Below, piece after piece: positions 36,072 through 45,721 of a stretch of DNA of 64,000 nucleotides. Below the pieces are notes generated by a model. That model saw only the letters and a program-made list of their open reading frames with translations. It made no database searches and was not told where the DNA came from. How positions within the stretch are numbered: the first letter of the stretch is position 1; the number at the start of each line of letters is the position of its first letter. This DNA comes from Slackia sp. (lineage in GTDB: Bacteria; Actinomycetota; Coriobacteriia; Anaerosomatales; Anaerosomataceae). Position numbers and translations under genes: made by a program. Location of the stretch: NCBI GenBank assembly GCA_020725885.1, contig DYEA01000008.1:72119-136118 (forward strand), in the 5' to 3' direction.

Positions 36072-37736
36072 ATGGACGAACCCCGCATCCTCGACCGCTA
36101 CCGTCCGCTCGCACGCCTCGGCGAAGGCGGCTATGGATCGGTCGTGCTCGCGTACGACACGAAGATGGCGCGGCGCGTGGCCATCAAGCATCTTCCGCTG
36201 CCGCCAGGCTCGCTGCGTGCACGTTCCCGCGCGCTGTCCGAGGCACGGACCGCGGCGATGCTCAACCACCCCGCCATCGTCACCGTCTTCGAATGGGAGC
36301 CGACCGACGACGGCGCGCTGTTGGTCATGGAGCACGTGGACGGCGCGTCGCTTGGGGAGGTGCTCGACGAGCTCGACGGCCCGCTCGATCTGGACGAGAC
36401 GGCCGCCATCGTCGACGCGGTCGCCGACGCGCTTTCGTTCGCGCACGCCAACGGAGTGCTGCACCTGGACCTGAAACCGGAGAACGTCCTCATCGACCGC
36501 GACGGTCGCGTGAAGGTCGCCGATTTCGGCGTCGCCGCGCTCACCGGCGTCGATCGCACCGGGACCCCTCGAGGCGGCACGCCTGGGTACATGGCTCCTG
36601 AGCACATCCGCGGCGAGCCGGTCACGCCGGCCGCGGACCAGTGGGCGTTCGCCGCTCTCGTCTACGAGATGCTCACCGGCGTCTGCCCCTTCGGGGCGGA
36701 CAGCCCGCAGCGCTCGCTCGTGCGCATCGAGGCGCGGAGCCTCCGGCCGGCGAGCGATCTCGCGAGAGGCCTTCCCCGCGGCGTCGACCTCGTGCTTGCG
36801 CGCGCGCTTGCACCCGACCCGCTCGAACGCTACCCGGACGTGACGACGTTCGCCGAGGCTCTGCTCGATCACCTCGGCGATACTCTGGCTGGCCGCGAGT
36901 CCCTCGCGGACGTGGTCGAGGATATCGTCGCCGAGGAGGAGCCGCCGGAAAGCGGGCCAGGCGTGTGGGATCGTCTTGTCGGCCGGCAAACGCTGCTCGG
37001 GCGCGCCGCAGCAGTCGTCCCCAGCGCCTGGCTTGGCTGGGCCGGCGCTTCTTGGGTCGCAGGAGGCGCAGGCGGGCTCGCAGCCGCAGTCTTGTGCGGT
37101 CTTGCCGCCGCCATCGCGCCCGCCTTAGGGCTTGCGCTCGCATTGCTTGCGACAGCCATGGGGGCAGGTGCAGCTTTCGGACCCGTCGCCGGAGCGGCCG
37201 CCGGGATCGTCGGGGCGCTGTGGTGGCTCGCCCTGGGACGGCGGCGCCCCGGGGCAGGCTTCGGCCTGCCGAGCGCGCCGCTCCTGGCGGCGATGCGCGC
37301 GGGTGCCGCCGCGCCGCTCGCGCTCGGCTTCTTCGCGGAGCCTGCTCCGGCCGCTGCCGCTGGGGCCGCCGCTGGAGCGCTGACGGCGCTGCTCTCCGCG
37401 CTCGCGCCGGATGCTCCGTCGGCGATCGCGCTGCCGATCGGCGTTCTTTCCGCCCCGTGGCGCTCGTTCGATCTGGCGCGTCTCGCCGGGCTGGACGTGC
37501 GCCTGCTCCTTGCAGTCGCCGCGTCATGGGGCCTTGCCGCACTCGTTGCGTCTCTCGGATCAGGCAGGGGCACGCGGCTCGGCGCGGCGCTCGGTCTTGC
37601 GAGCGGGCTCTCGCTGATGGCGGGCGCGCTCGCGGCAGTCTCGCCAGCGGGTCTCTCGGCCGCCCTGCCAGACCTTGCCGTCGCCGGCGCAGCGGCGGCT
37701 CTGGCCGTGGCGGCGGGCCCCTCGCCGCGCGGCTGA
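36072..37736 (+). CDS. Hanks-type Ser/Thr protein kinase with a long Ala/Gly-rich multi-TM C-terminal region
   Basis: Kinase subdomains GEGGYGSV, AIK, HLDLKPEN, DFG, GTPGYMAPE. The C-terminal ~250 aa is hydrophobic and Ala/Gly/Leu-rich. Confidence 0.85.
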   Translation: MDEPRILDRYRPLARLGEGGYGSVVLAYDTKMARRVAIKHLPLPPGSLRARSRALSEARTAAMLNHPAIVTVFEWEPTDDGALLVMEHVDGASLGEVLDELDGPLDLDETAAIVDAVADALSFAHANGVLHLDLKPENVLIDRDGRVKVADFGVAALTGVDRTGTPRGGTPGYMAPEHIRGEPVTPAADQWAFAALVYEMLTGVCPFGADSPQRSLVRIEARSLRPASDLARGLPRGVDLVLARALAPDPLERYPDVTTFAEALLDHLGDTLAGRESLADVVEDIVAEEEPPESGPGVWDRLVGRQTLLGRAAAVVPSAWLGWAGASWVAGGAGGLAAAVLCGLAAAIAPALGLALALLATAMGAGAAFGPVAGAAAGIVGALWWLALGRRRPGAGFGLPSAPLLAAMRAGAAAPLALGFFAEPAPAAAAGAAAGALTALLSALAPDAPSAIALPIGVLSAPWRSFDLARLAGLDVRLLLAVAASWGLAALVASLGSGRGTRLGAALGLASGLSLMAGALAAVSPAGLSAALPDLAVAGAAAALAVAAGPSPRG

Positions 37737-37822
37737 GCGGTGACCAAGCGGCAACGGACGCGCCCGCGCGTCGCCTGCCCTGCTATGATGCACCTGCTGA
37801 CACCTGCATCGGAGGATGCGGC

Positions 37823-38530
37823 ATGGGCATCCTGGCTGATTTCGAGGACCGCATAGCCCGCAGCATCGAGGGGCTCTTCGCGGGCGCGTTCAGAGCGCCG
37901 GTGCAGCCTGTTGAGCTTGCCAAGGCGCTGGCGCGCGCCATGGACGACGGCCGCGTCGTGGGCGTGGACGCCGTGCTCGCTCCGTGCTCGTTCACCGTAG
38001 CGCTCTCCGAAGAGGACGCCGACGAGTTCGGCGACTTCACCTCGACGCTCGCTGGCGAGCTTGCGACGTACCTCGCAGACCACGCGCGAGAACGCGGCTA
38101 CCGCCTCGAGGGCAGGCCCGAGGTCCGGTTCGTCACTCACGAGGACCTGCGCCTCGGCCGGTTCCGGGTCGCGGCATCGCTCGTCCCAGCAGCCCCTGCG
38201 CGAGATGCGACCGGCCCGCGCAGCGCGACCCCGACGGCCCGCGTGCTCGCCACGGTGACCGTCGACGACTTCGACCACGACGTGGTCCTGGACGGCGACC
38301 AGGTGACCGTGGGACGGCTCAAGGAGTGCCAGATCCGGCTTGACGACGCGAACGTCTCTCGCCGACACGCTGCGTTCATCCGGTTGCCGGACGGATGGGC
38401 CATCGAAGACCTCGATTCCACGAACGGCACGCGTGTCAACGGCAAGTCGATCACGCGGGCGCGTCTTCACGACGGGGACATCATCGAGATCGGACTCTCC
38501 CGCCTCGTCTACCACGAGTCCAAGGAGTGA
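37823..38530 (+). CDS. fhaA: FhaA-like protein (DUF3662 N-domain plus C-terminal FHA domain)
   Basis: ATG 37823 has GGAGG 7 nt upstream. The FHA core is GRLKECQIRLDDANVSRRHAAF...STNGTRVNG. The upstream part of track ORF 36641-38530 is antisense junk. Confidence 0.8.
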   Translation: MGILADFEDRIARSIEGLFAGAFRAPVQPVELAKALARAMDDGRVVGVDAVLAPCSFTVALSEEDADEFGDFTSTLAGELATYLADHARERGYRLEGRPEVRFVTHEDLRLGRFRVAASLVPAAPARDATGPRSATPTARVLATVTVDDFDHDVVLDGDQVTVGRLKECQIRLDDANVSRRHAAFIRLPDGWAIEDLDSTNGTRVNGKSITRARLHDGDIIEIGLSRLVYHESKE

Positions 38531-38533
38531 TCC

Positions 38534-38953
38534 GTGGCCGACGTCGTGCTGCTGTTCGGGCGGCTGCTGTTCTTGGCGCTGCTGTACCTGTTCCTCTTCG
38601 CGGCGGTCCGGACCGGGATCGGGCTGGTAGCGACCGGCAAGGCGCGCACGGCCCCTCGGGGACTCGCTCTGGTCGTCGCCCAGGGACCGCGCGAGATCCG
38701 GGGCGTCCGCGTGCCGCTCGACGGCCCGGTGCTCATCGGACGCTCGCCTGACGCCGACCTCGTGATCGCTGACGAGTTCGTGTCCGGCATCCACGCGCGG
38801 GTGACACCCGACGGCGACGGTGTCCTGGTCGAGGACCTCGGTTCGACCAACGGGACGCTGCTCGACGGGCAACCGGTCACCCGGCCGATGCGCGGGAGCG
38901 CGGGCTCACGGATCGTGCTCGGCCGAAACGAGATCGAGGTGGTGGCCTCGTGA
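38534..38953 (+). CDS. fhaB: FhaB/FipA-like membrane-anchored FHA-domain protein
   Basis: N-terminal TM, then an FHA domain (GRSPDADLVIADEFVSGIHARV...STNGTLLDG). RBS AAGGAG. Confidence 0.8.
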   Translation: MADVVLLFGRLLFLALLYLFLFAAVRTGIGLVATGKARTAPRGLALVVAQGPREIRGVRVPLDGPVLIGRSPDADLVIADEFVSGIHARVTPDGDGVLVEDLGSTNGTLLDGQPVTRPMRGSAGSRIVLGRNEIEVVAS

Positions 38954-40101
38954 GGGCCGCGTCGCGCCGTCATGAATGGTACGCGGGCGCGAGCGACGTC
39001 GGGCTCGTGCGGCCCGGCAACGAGGACGCCTTCTTGATGGAGCCGCCTCTGTTCGCGGTCGCAGACGGCCTCGGCGGCCACCGGGCCGGCGAGGTGGCGA
39101 GCACGGTCGCCGTCGAGACGCTCTTCGCGCACGCCCCGAAGCACGCCGATGCGAAGGGCCTCGCGCGGGCTGTGCGCGCGGCGAACGCCGCGGTGATCGA
39201 GGCCGCCGAGCAAGGCCGCGGACGAGAGGGCATGGGCACGACGCTTACCGCTGCGATGGTCGAGGGGACCCGCATCGCGCTCGCGCACGTCGGCGACAGC
39301 CGTGCGTACCTGCTCGCGCGAGGCGAGCTGGTGCAGCTCACCCAGGACCACTCGCTCGTCGGCGACATGGTGCGGTCCGGCACGCTGTCTGCGGAGGCCG
39401 CCCGCGTCCACCCGAACCGGAGCGTCATCACCCGCGCGCTGGGCTCCGACCCGAACATGGTGGCGGATGCCTTCGAGGTCGAAGCGTCTCCGGGCGACAG
39501 GCTCCTGCTCTGCACCGACGGATTGACAGGGATGGTCGAAGACGCCGCCATCGCCGAGGTGCTTCGGACCGCCCCCTCGCCGAAGGCCGCGGTGGCCCGC
39601 CTGATCGCCGCCGCCAACGACGCCGGCGGCCACGATAACATCACGGTGGTCGTGGTCGACATCGGGGCGGACCGTTCCCGCGAAGACCGGACGAGCGCCG
39701 CGACGCGCGGGAATCCCAGTGCTGACGCGCGCGAGCCCGGGCGTTCGCCTCGGCGGGTCTGGCTGGCTCGTCTGGCGTGGGCGCTCGCGCTTGCCGCGGC
39801 GGTCGGCGGCGCTGTGCTCGCCGCACGCGGCTACGCGCGGTCTCAGGCGTACCTTGCGGTGGTGGACGGCCGCGTCGCCGTCTACCGCGGCGTGCCTGGC
39901 GAGTTCGCTGGGGCGCAGCTGCATTGGCTCGAGCAGGTCACAGACGTCCCGGTGGCTGGCCTCGACCCCGTGACCGCGGCGCGTCTCGCACGCGGCATCC
40001 GGGTCGACGGGGTCGCGGCGGCCTTCGACTTGGTGGCCGCGTACCGCTCGCAGACTGCGCGCGAGTCGAACCCGTCCGCTGAGCCGACGACCGCGCCCTG
40101 A
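38950..40101 (+). CDS. pstP: PP2C-family Ser/Thr phosphatase (PstP-like) with a C-terminal TM
   Basis: DVGLVRPGNEDAF, FAVADGLGGH, LCTDGL and DNITVVVVD PP2C motifs. The GTGA start overlaps fhaB. Confidence 0.9.
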   Translation: MRAASRRHEWYAGASDVGLVRPGNEDAFLMEPPLFAVADGLGGHRAGEVASTVAVETLFAHAPKHADAKGLARAVRAANAAVIEAAEQGRGREGMGTTLTAAMVEGTRIALAHVGDSRAYLLARGELVQLTQDHSLVGDMVRSGTLSAEAARVHPNRSVITRALGSDPNMVADAFEVEASPGDRLLLCTDGLTGMVEDAAIAEVLRTAPSPKAAVARLIAAANDAGGHDNITVVVVDIGADRSREDRTSAATRGNPSADAREPGRSPRRVWLARLAWALALAAAVGGAVLAARGYARSQAYLAVVDGRVAVYRGVPGEFAGAQLHWLEQVTDVPVAGLDPVTAARLARGIRVDGVAAAFDLVAAYRSQTARESNPSAEPTTAP

Positions 40102-40110
40102 GGAGCGGCC

Positions 40111-42849
40111 GTGCGCACTCGCCGCGACACCGAGCTTCTCCTTCTGCTGGCGGCGACGCCGCCGGTGCTGCTGCTCTTCGCACTCGTGCACAGCGCTGCG
40201 GCGCAGTCGTTGGCGTGGCGAGACCTCGCTGTGCCGTTCGGGCTGCTCGCGGCATTCGCTGTCGCGCACCTGACCGCCCGCCGCTGGGCGCCGGGCGCCG
40301 ACCCCGTCCTGCTGCCGCTCGCCTTCCTGCTGACCGGCGTCGGGCTGGCGTTCGTCACCCGCCTCGCGCCCGACCTCGCCCCCGCCCAGACCCTGTGGGT
40401 CTTCGCGGGCGTAACCGCGCTGGTCGGCACGCTCGCAACGGTACGCTCGATCGAGCGGCTCGCCCGGTACAAGTACACGGTCGCTCTCGGAGGCGTGGCG
40501 CTCCTGCTCCTTCCCGCAGTTGCCGGCGTGGAGGTCAACGGCGCGAAGCTCTGGCTGCGCGTCGGCGGCGTCTCGTTCCAGCCAGTCGAGGCTGCCAAAG
40601 TGCTCGTGGTCGTGTTCCTTGCGGCGTACCTCGCCGAGAAGCGCGAGCTCCTGTCGGTCTCCACGAAACGCGTGTTCGGCGTGTGGATGCCCCCGCTCAA
40701 GCACCTCGGGCCGCTGCTTCTCATGTGGTCGCTCTCGCTCGTCGTGCTCGTGGCCGAGCGCGACTTAGGGTCGAGCCTGCTGCTCTTCGGATTGTTCCTC
40801 GCGATGCTGTACGTAGCGACCGGCCGACCGGGCTACGTGCTCGTCGGCGCGGCGCTCTTCGCGGCGGGCGCGGTCGGCGCATACCTGCTGTTCGGCCACG
40901 TCGCGGCGCGCGTAGCGATCTGGCTCGACCCGTTCGCGGACGCGGCCGGGCGAGGCTACCAGCTCGTCCAGTCGCTCTTCGCGTTCGCGGCGGGCGGCAT
41001 GACCGGCACCGGTCCGGGCCGAGGGCTCCCGACCCGCATCCCGTTCGTCGACACCGACTTCATCTTCGCCGCCATCGGCGAGGAGCTGGGGCTCCTTGGC
41101 GCCGCCGGCCTGCTGATCGCCTACCTGGTGTTCGCCGCTCGTGGCTTCGCGACGGCCGCGCGGGCCCGCTCGGACGTCGGGGCCTTCGTGGCAGCCGGCG
41201 CCACGACGGTCATCGCGCTCCAGACGTTCGTGATTGCCGCAGGCGTGACGCGGCTCGTCCCTCTCACCGGCATCACGATGCCGTTCGTGAGCAGGGGCGG
41301 GTCGAGCCTGCTCGCGAACTTCGTGCTGCTCGGGCTCCTCATGCGCGCCGGCGACGAGGGCACGGGACGCGCCGAGCAGCTCGCCACCACCGGAGCGACC
41401 GGGGCGCTCGGACGCGTCGCGGTGGCCCGCAGGCTGGCAGCGCTGACGCGCGTCCTGGCGTTCGCGCTCGTGGCGGTGGTGGTCAACCTCACGTACCTGC
41501 AGGTGGTCGCGGCTCCGGCGCTCGCCAACCACCCCGCCAACACCCGTCGGATCGCAGACGAGATCCGGCAGGAGCGCGGCGCGATCGTCACGCACGACGG
41601 CGTCGTGCTGGCGCAGTCGGTGCCTGCCGGCCGCGCGTTCGAACGGCGGTATCCGGGCGGAGCGCTCGCGCCGCACGTCGTCGGCTACAGCAGCCCGACG
41701 TACGGACGAGCGGGCATCGAGGCGGCGATGAACGAGGTGCTCGCCGGCCGGCGGATGTTCGCGTCGATGCGGGACCTCGTCGACGCGCTCGCGGGCACGC
41801 CCGTGGCGGGCAACGACGTGCGGCTCACGATCGACAGCCGCGTGCAGCAAGCAGCCGTTGCGGCGCTCGAAGGTCGGCGTGGAGCGTGCGTCGTGCTCGA
41901 CCCGCGAGACGGCCGCGTGCTCGCGCTCGCGTCGAGCCCCGGCTTCGACCCGGCCGCGATCGACGACGACTGGGGGCGGCTTTCGGCGGACCCCGCCGCT
42001 CCCCTGCTCAACCGCGCGGCCCAGAGCCTCTACCCGCCGGGCTCGACCTTCAAGGTCGTCACGCTCGCAGGCGCCGTCGGAGCGAAGCTCGTCACGCCAT
42101 CGACGACGTTCCCTGGCCCCGCTCGCCTCGAGATCGGCGGGGCGCCGGTGACGAACTACGGCGGTGAGGGGTACGGCACCGTCACGGTCGAGCGGGCCAC
42201 CGCCTCGAGCATCAACACCGTCTTCGCGCAGATCGCCGACCGCATGGGGCCGGACCTGCTCGTGAAGACAGCCCGGAGCTTCGGCTTCGGCGAGCAGCCG
42301 CCGCTCGAAATCCCGGCGAAAGCGTCGCTCATGCCCGACCCCCGCGAGATGACGCGCTGGGAGACGGCGTGGGCGGGCGTCGGACAGCCCGTCGGCGAGC
42401 ACCCGAGCCCGCCAGGGCCCCAGGTCACCGCGCTCCAGATGGCGCTCGTGGCAGCCGGCATCGCGAACGACGGCGTCGTGATGCAACCGTACCTGGTGGA
42501 GGCGATCACGGACCCTGCCGGCCGCACGCTGTCCACCACGCACCCGAAGCCGTGGAAGACCGCCTGCGGCGCGCAGACCGCAGCCACCGTGCGCGACATG
42601 ATGGTGACGGTCGTGCGCTCGGGCTCGGGCACCCGCGCCGCCATCAAAGGCGTGACTGTCGCTGGCAAGACCGGGACCGCGGAGGTCGGCAAAGGTGCGC
42701 AGACGCACGCTTGGTTCATCGCGTTCGCGCCGGCGGAGCAGCCGCGCGTAGCGCTCGCGATCGTGCTAGAGAATTCGGGCGTCGGGGGCCGCGTGGCAGC
42801 ACCTGCGGCAAAGCCCGTGCTGGAGACCGCGCTATCGCGGGTGCGATAG
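40111..42849 (+). CDS. Single-polypeptide fusion of a SEDS glycosyltransferase (RodA/FtsW, N-terminal ~420 aa) with a class-B penicillin-binding transpeptidase (PbpA/PBP2, C-terminal ~490 aa)
   Basis: N-terminal half: 10 TM helices, GGVSFQPVEAAKV and ITMPFVSRGGSSLLANF SEDS signatures. A retained TM helix LTRVLAFALVAVVVNLTY follows. The PBP dimerisation and transpeptidase domain has SxxK (PGSTFKVVT), SxN and KTGTA. One uninterrupted 912-codon frame; AGGAG RBS. Confidence 0.85.
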   Translation: MRTRRDTELLLLLAATPPVLLLFALVHSAAAQSLAWRDLAVPFGLLAAFAVAHLTARRWAPGADPVLLPLAFLLTGVGLAFVTRLAPDLAPAQTLWVFAGVTALVGTLATVRSIERLARYKYTVALGGVALLLLPAVAGVEVNGAKLWLRVGGVSFQPVEAAKVLVVVFLAAYLAEKRELLSVSTKRVFGVWMPPLKHLGPLLLMWSLSLVVLVAERDLGSSLLLFGLFLAMLYVATGRPGYVLVGAALFAAGAVGAYLLFGHVAARVAIWLDPFADAAGRGYQLVQSLFAFAAGGMTGTGPGRGLPTRIPFVDTDFIFAAIGEELGLLGAAGLLIAYLVFAARGFATAARARSDVGAFVAAGATTVIALQTFVIAAGVTRLVPLTGITMPFVSRGGSSLLANFVLLGLLMRAGDEGTGRAEQLATTGATGALGRVAVARRLAALTRVLAFALVAVVVNLTYLQVVAAPALANHPANTRRIADEIRQERGAIVTHDGVVLAQSVPAGRAFERRYPGGALAPHVVGYSSPTYGRAGIEAAMNEVLAGRRMFASMRDLVDALAGTPVAGNDVRLTIDSRVQQAAVAALEGRRGACVVLDPRDGRVLALASSPGFDPAAIDDDWGRLSADPAAPLLNRAAQSLYPPGSTFKVVTLAGAVGAKLVTPSTTFPGPARLEIGGAPVTNYGGEGYGTVTVERATASSINTVFAQIADRMGPDLLVKTARSFGFGEQPPLEIPAKASLMPDPREMTRWETAWAGVGQPVGEHPSPPGPQVTALQMALVAAGIANDGVVMQPYLVEAITDPAGRTLSTTHPKPWKTACGAQTAATVRDMMVTVVRSGSGTRAAIKGVTVAGKTGTAEVGKGAQTHAWFIAFAPAEQPRVALAIVLENSGVGGRVAAPAAKPVLETALSRVR

Positions 42850-42897
42850 AATGCGTGGCGAGGGCGGCCCGCGCTTCAGCGGGCATGAGAGGCAGGA

Positions 42898-44745
42898 ATG
42901 ACAGTGGAAGACAGGATCTTCGGGCGCAGATACCGCGTGACGGAGCGCATCGGCTCAGGGGGGATGGCCGAGGTCTTCAAGGCGGTCGACGAGGTGCTGG
43001 GCCGGACCGTCGCGGTCAAGGTGCTCCACCCCCAGTACGCGCAGGAGCCGAACTTCGTCGCACGGTTCCGCCAGGAGGCGCAAGCGGCGGCGAACCTGTC
43101 GCACCCGAGCATCGTGAACATCTACGACTGGGGCCGCGACGACGACACGTACTACATCGTCATGGAGTACGTGCGCGGCACCGACCTCAAGACGCTCGTC
43201 GAGCAGGAAGGACCGCTCGACCCGCGCACCGCCGCTCAGTACGGCGCCCAGGTGTGCGCCGCGCTCTCGGTCGCGCACGGCTACGGCATCATCCACCGCG
43301 ACATCAAGCCGCACAACATCGTCATCACCCCCGACGGCACCGTGAAGGTGATGGACTTCGGCATCGCCCGCGCAGGCAACACCACCATGACGCAGACCGG
43401 CTCGGTGCTCGGCACTGCGCAGTACGTGAGCCCCGAGCAGGCGCAAGGCCGCACGCTCACGCCCGCGACCGACCTGTACTCCCTCGGCGTCACGCTGTAC
43501 GAGGCGGTGACCGGACGGCTGCCGTTCGACGGCGACACGCCGGTGGCGATCGCGCTCAAGCACGTGAACGAGGAGCCCGTGCCGCCGCGCCGAGTCCGGC
43601 CGGCAGTGCCCCCAGCGCTCGAGGCCGTGATCATGAAGGCCATGCGGAAGAACCCCGCCGAGCGCTACGAGTCGGCCGCGGCGATGCGCGACGACCTGCT
43701 GCGCGTCGCGCGCGGCGAGGAGCCGGCGGCTGCGGGGACCGGTGCGCCCGCGATCGCCGAGACCTCGGTGCTGCCGAGCGTCGGCGCTGGGGGCGAGCAA
43801 CCGCTTCCCGGCGGCCGGCCGCAGATCCGCCCCGTGCCCGATCGCCGCACGAATCCGTGGGCGTGGGCGGCGGTGGCCGCGCTCGTGCTCGTGCTCGGCC
43901 TCGGCGGCGCATGGGCGCTCGGCGCGTTCGGCGAAGGCACCGTCGCTGTGCCGAGCGTCGTCGGGATGAGCGAGGAGGAGGCGTCCGCGACCGTCGCGGC
44001 CGCCGGGCTTTCCATCGGCACCGTCACCACCGAGAACAGCGACGAGTACGAGCTCGGGCTGATCATGCGCCAGGATCCGCCGGCGGGCACGCGCGTGAAG
44101 AAGGGCACCGCGATCAACATCGTCGTGAGCGCCGGTGTCGCGATGGTGGAGGTCCCGAACGTGGTCGGGATGACCGAGGCGGACGCCATCGCGGCCATCG
44201 AGGGCGCGCAGCTCGAAGTGGCGCTGCCGATCGGCCGGGAGTACAGCAAGGAGGTGCCCGAAGGAGTCGTGATCTCGTCCGAGCCGACCGGCGGCGCGCA
44301 GGTGCCGAAGGGCTCGAAGGTCGCGATCGTGGTCTCGAAGGGCACGCAGCTCGTGAAGGTCCCCGACGTCACCGGCAAGACGAAAGCCGACGCGCAGCGC
44401 ATCCTCGAGCAGGCCGGGTTCAAAGTGAAGGCCGTCGAGGCGTTCAGCGACGCGGTGGCCAAAGGGATGGTGATTTCGCAAGACCCGAGCCCAGGCGTGT
44501 CCCTCGACGCCGGCGGCACCGTGACGATCACGGTCTCGAAGGGGCCGGAGCAGGTGACCGTGCCCGACGTGACCGACATGACCGAGGAGGACGCGATCTC
44601 GACCCTCGAAGGGCTGGGGCTCATCGTGGACGCCGAGTACGTCGTGAGCCCGGACGTCGGCATCGTGCTCAACCAAGACCCGCTGCCCGGCACGAAGGTC
44701 AACAAAGGCTCGACGGTGCGGCTGACGATCGGCCGGGCGCCGTAA
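42898..44745 (+). CDS. pknB: Ser/Thr protein kinase PknB with four extracellular PASTA domains
   Basis: Kinase motifs GSGGMAEV, AVK, HRDIKPHN, DFG, GTAQYVSPEQ. A TM helix, then 4 PASTA repeats (VPSVVGMSEEEA..., VPNVVGMTEADA..., VPDVTGKTKADA..., VPDVTDMTEEDA...). Confidence 0.9.
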   Translation: MTVEDRIFGRRYRVTERIGSGGMAEVFKAVDEVLGRTVAVKVLHPQYAQEPNFVARFRQEAQAAANLSHPSIVNIYDWGRDDDTYYIVMEYVRGTDLKTLVEQEGPLDPRTAAQYGAQVCAALSVAHGYGIIHRDIKPHNIVITPDGTVKVMDFGIARAGNTTMTQTGSVLGTAQYVSPEQAQGRTLTPATDLYSLGVTLYEAVTGRLPFDGDTPVAIALKHVNEEPVPPRRVRPAVPPALEAVIMKAMRKNPAERYESAAAMRDDLLRVARGEEPAAAGTGAPAIAETSVLPSVGAGGEQPLPGGRPQIRPVPDRRTNPWAWAAVAALVLVLGLGGAWALGAFGEGTVAVPSVVGMSEEEASATVAAAGLSIGTVTTENSDEYELGLIMRQDPPAGTRVKKGTAINIVVSAGVAMVEVPNVVGMTEADAIAAIEGAQLEVALPIGREYSKEVPEGVVISSEPTGGAQVPKGSKVAIVVSKGTQLVKVPDVTGKTKADAQRILEQAGFKVKAVEAFSDAVAKGMVISQDPSPGVSLDAGGTVTITVSKGPEQVTVPDVTDMTEEDAISTLEGLGLIVDAEYVVSPDVGIVLNQDPLPGTKVNKGSTVRLTIGRAP

Positions 44746-44791
44746 GATTCGCGACCGAAGCGCGCTGACGTTAGCCGAGACCGGCGCGCGA

Positions 44792-45430
44792 TCAGGCGCC
44801 CGAGTCGGCTGACGTCAGCTCGTCTAGCAGCCCAATCACCTCGGCGTCGGTCGTCTGCGCGAAGTCGTCGTAGAAGGCGCCGACCGCGAAGAAGTCGTGG
44901 GGTTCGGCGAGCGTCACGACCTCGTCCGCGCGCACCCGGAGCAGTCGCGCAGTCTCAGGCGGCGAGACTGGGACGGCGACGACGATCCTCGCTGCGCCGT
45001 GGCGCTTGAGGTACTCGACCGCCGAGATCATGGTGAGCCCCGTCGCAAGGCCGTCGTCGACGACGATCGCGTGCGCGCCGGCGGGGTCGAAGGGCGGCCG
45101 CCCGCGCCGATACGCAGCGAGGCGCCGCGCAATCTCCGCCTTCTCGGCCTCGGCCGCGCGCTCGACGTACGACTGGTCGGCCATCGGGTACGCGCCGAGG
45201 GTCACGACGCCGTCAGCGTCCACCGCGCCGATCGCGTATTCGGGATTGCCCGGCGCGCCGATCTTGCGCGTGACGATCACATCGAGCGGCAGCCCGAGCG
45301 CGCGCGCCACCTCGGCTCCCACCACGACGCCGCCCCGCGGCAGGCCGAGCACGACCCAGCCGCCGCCGACGATGCGGTCGCGGAGCGCCTCGGCGAGAAG
45401 CTTCCCGGCATGATGACGGTCGCGGAACAC
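44792..45430 (-). CDS. Type I phosphoribosyltransferase-domain protein
   Basis: GTG start (V20 of the track ORF) has RBS GAGGGGAG. The PRPP-binding motif is AIVVDDGLATGLTM. Confidence 0.75.
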   Translation of the reverse strand: MFRDRHHAGKLLAEALRDRIVGGGWVVLGLPRGGVVVGAEVARALGLPLDVIVTRKIGAPGNPEYAIGAVDADGVVTLGAYPMADQSYVERAAEAEKAEIARRLAAYRRGRPPFDPAGAHAIVVDDGLATGLTMISAVEYLKRHGAARIVVAVPVSPPETARLLRVRADEVVTLAEPHDFFAVGAFYDDFAQTTDAEVIGLLDELTSADSGA

Positions 45431-45528
45431 GGCGACTCCCCTCTGCAGGCGATGATGCCCGGTTGGGACTGCCCCTAAGCGGGCCAAGAGTCGAAGGGCG
45501 GCCCGGAAGCCGCTATACTGTCCGCCGT

Positions 45529-45604
45529 GCCCTCGTAGCTCAGGGGATAGAGCACAGGTTTCCTAAACCTGGTGTCGCAGGTTCGAATCCTGCCGGGGGC
45601 ACCA
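45529..45604 (+). tRNA. tRNA-Arg(CCT)
   Basis: GCCCTCG-TA-GCTCAGGGGATAGAGC-A-CAGGT-TT-CCT-AA-ACCTG-GTGTC-GCAGGTTCGAATCCTGC-CGGGGGC-A-CCA. A TATACT -10-like hexamer lies about 12 nt upstream. Confidence 0.9.
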
Positions 45605-45721
45605 CCCGCATCCCCTCGCGCCCGCACCGCCGCAACCCGCCTCACGCGACCGCCCGTGCAGGGAAGCCCTCCCCGGCGCCGAATACTGAACTCTGGTGAA
45701 GAGTCTCGCGAAGGGGGTCCC

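Noticed and set aside
36641-37822. The N-terminal ~390 codons of the 629-aa track ORF 36641-38530
   Set aside because: This stretch overlaps the kinase gene in another frame and translates to Arg-rich junk. Only the C-terminal part from ATG 37823 (GGAGG RBS) is the real FhaA gene.
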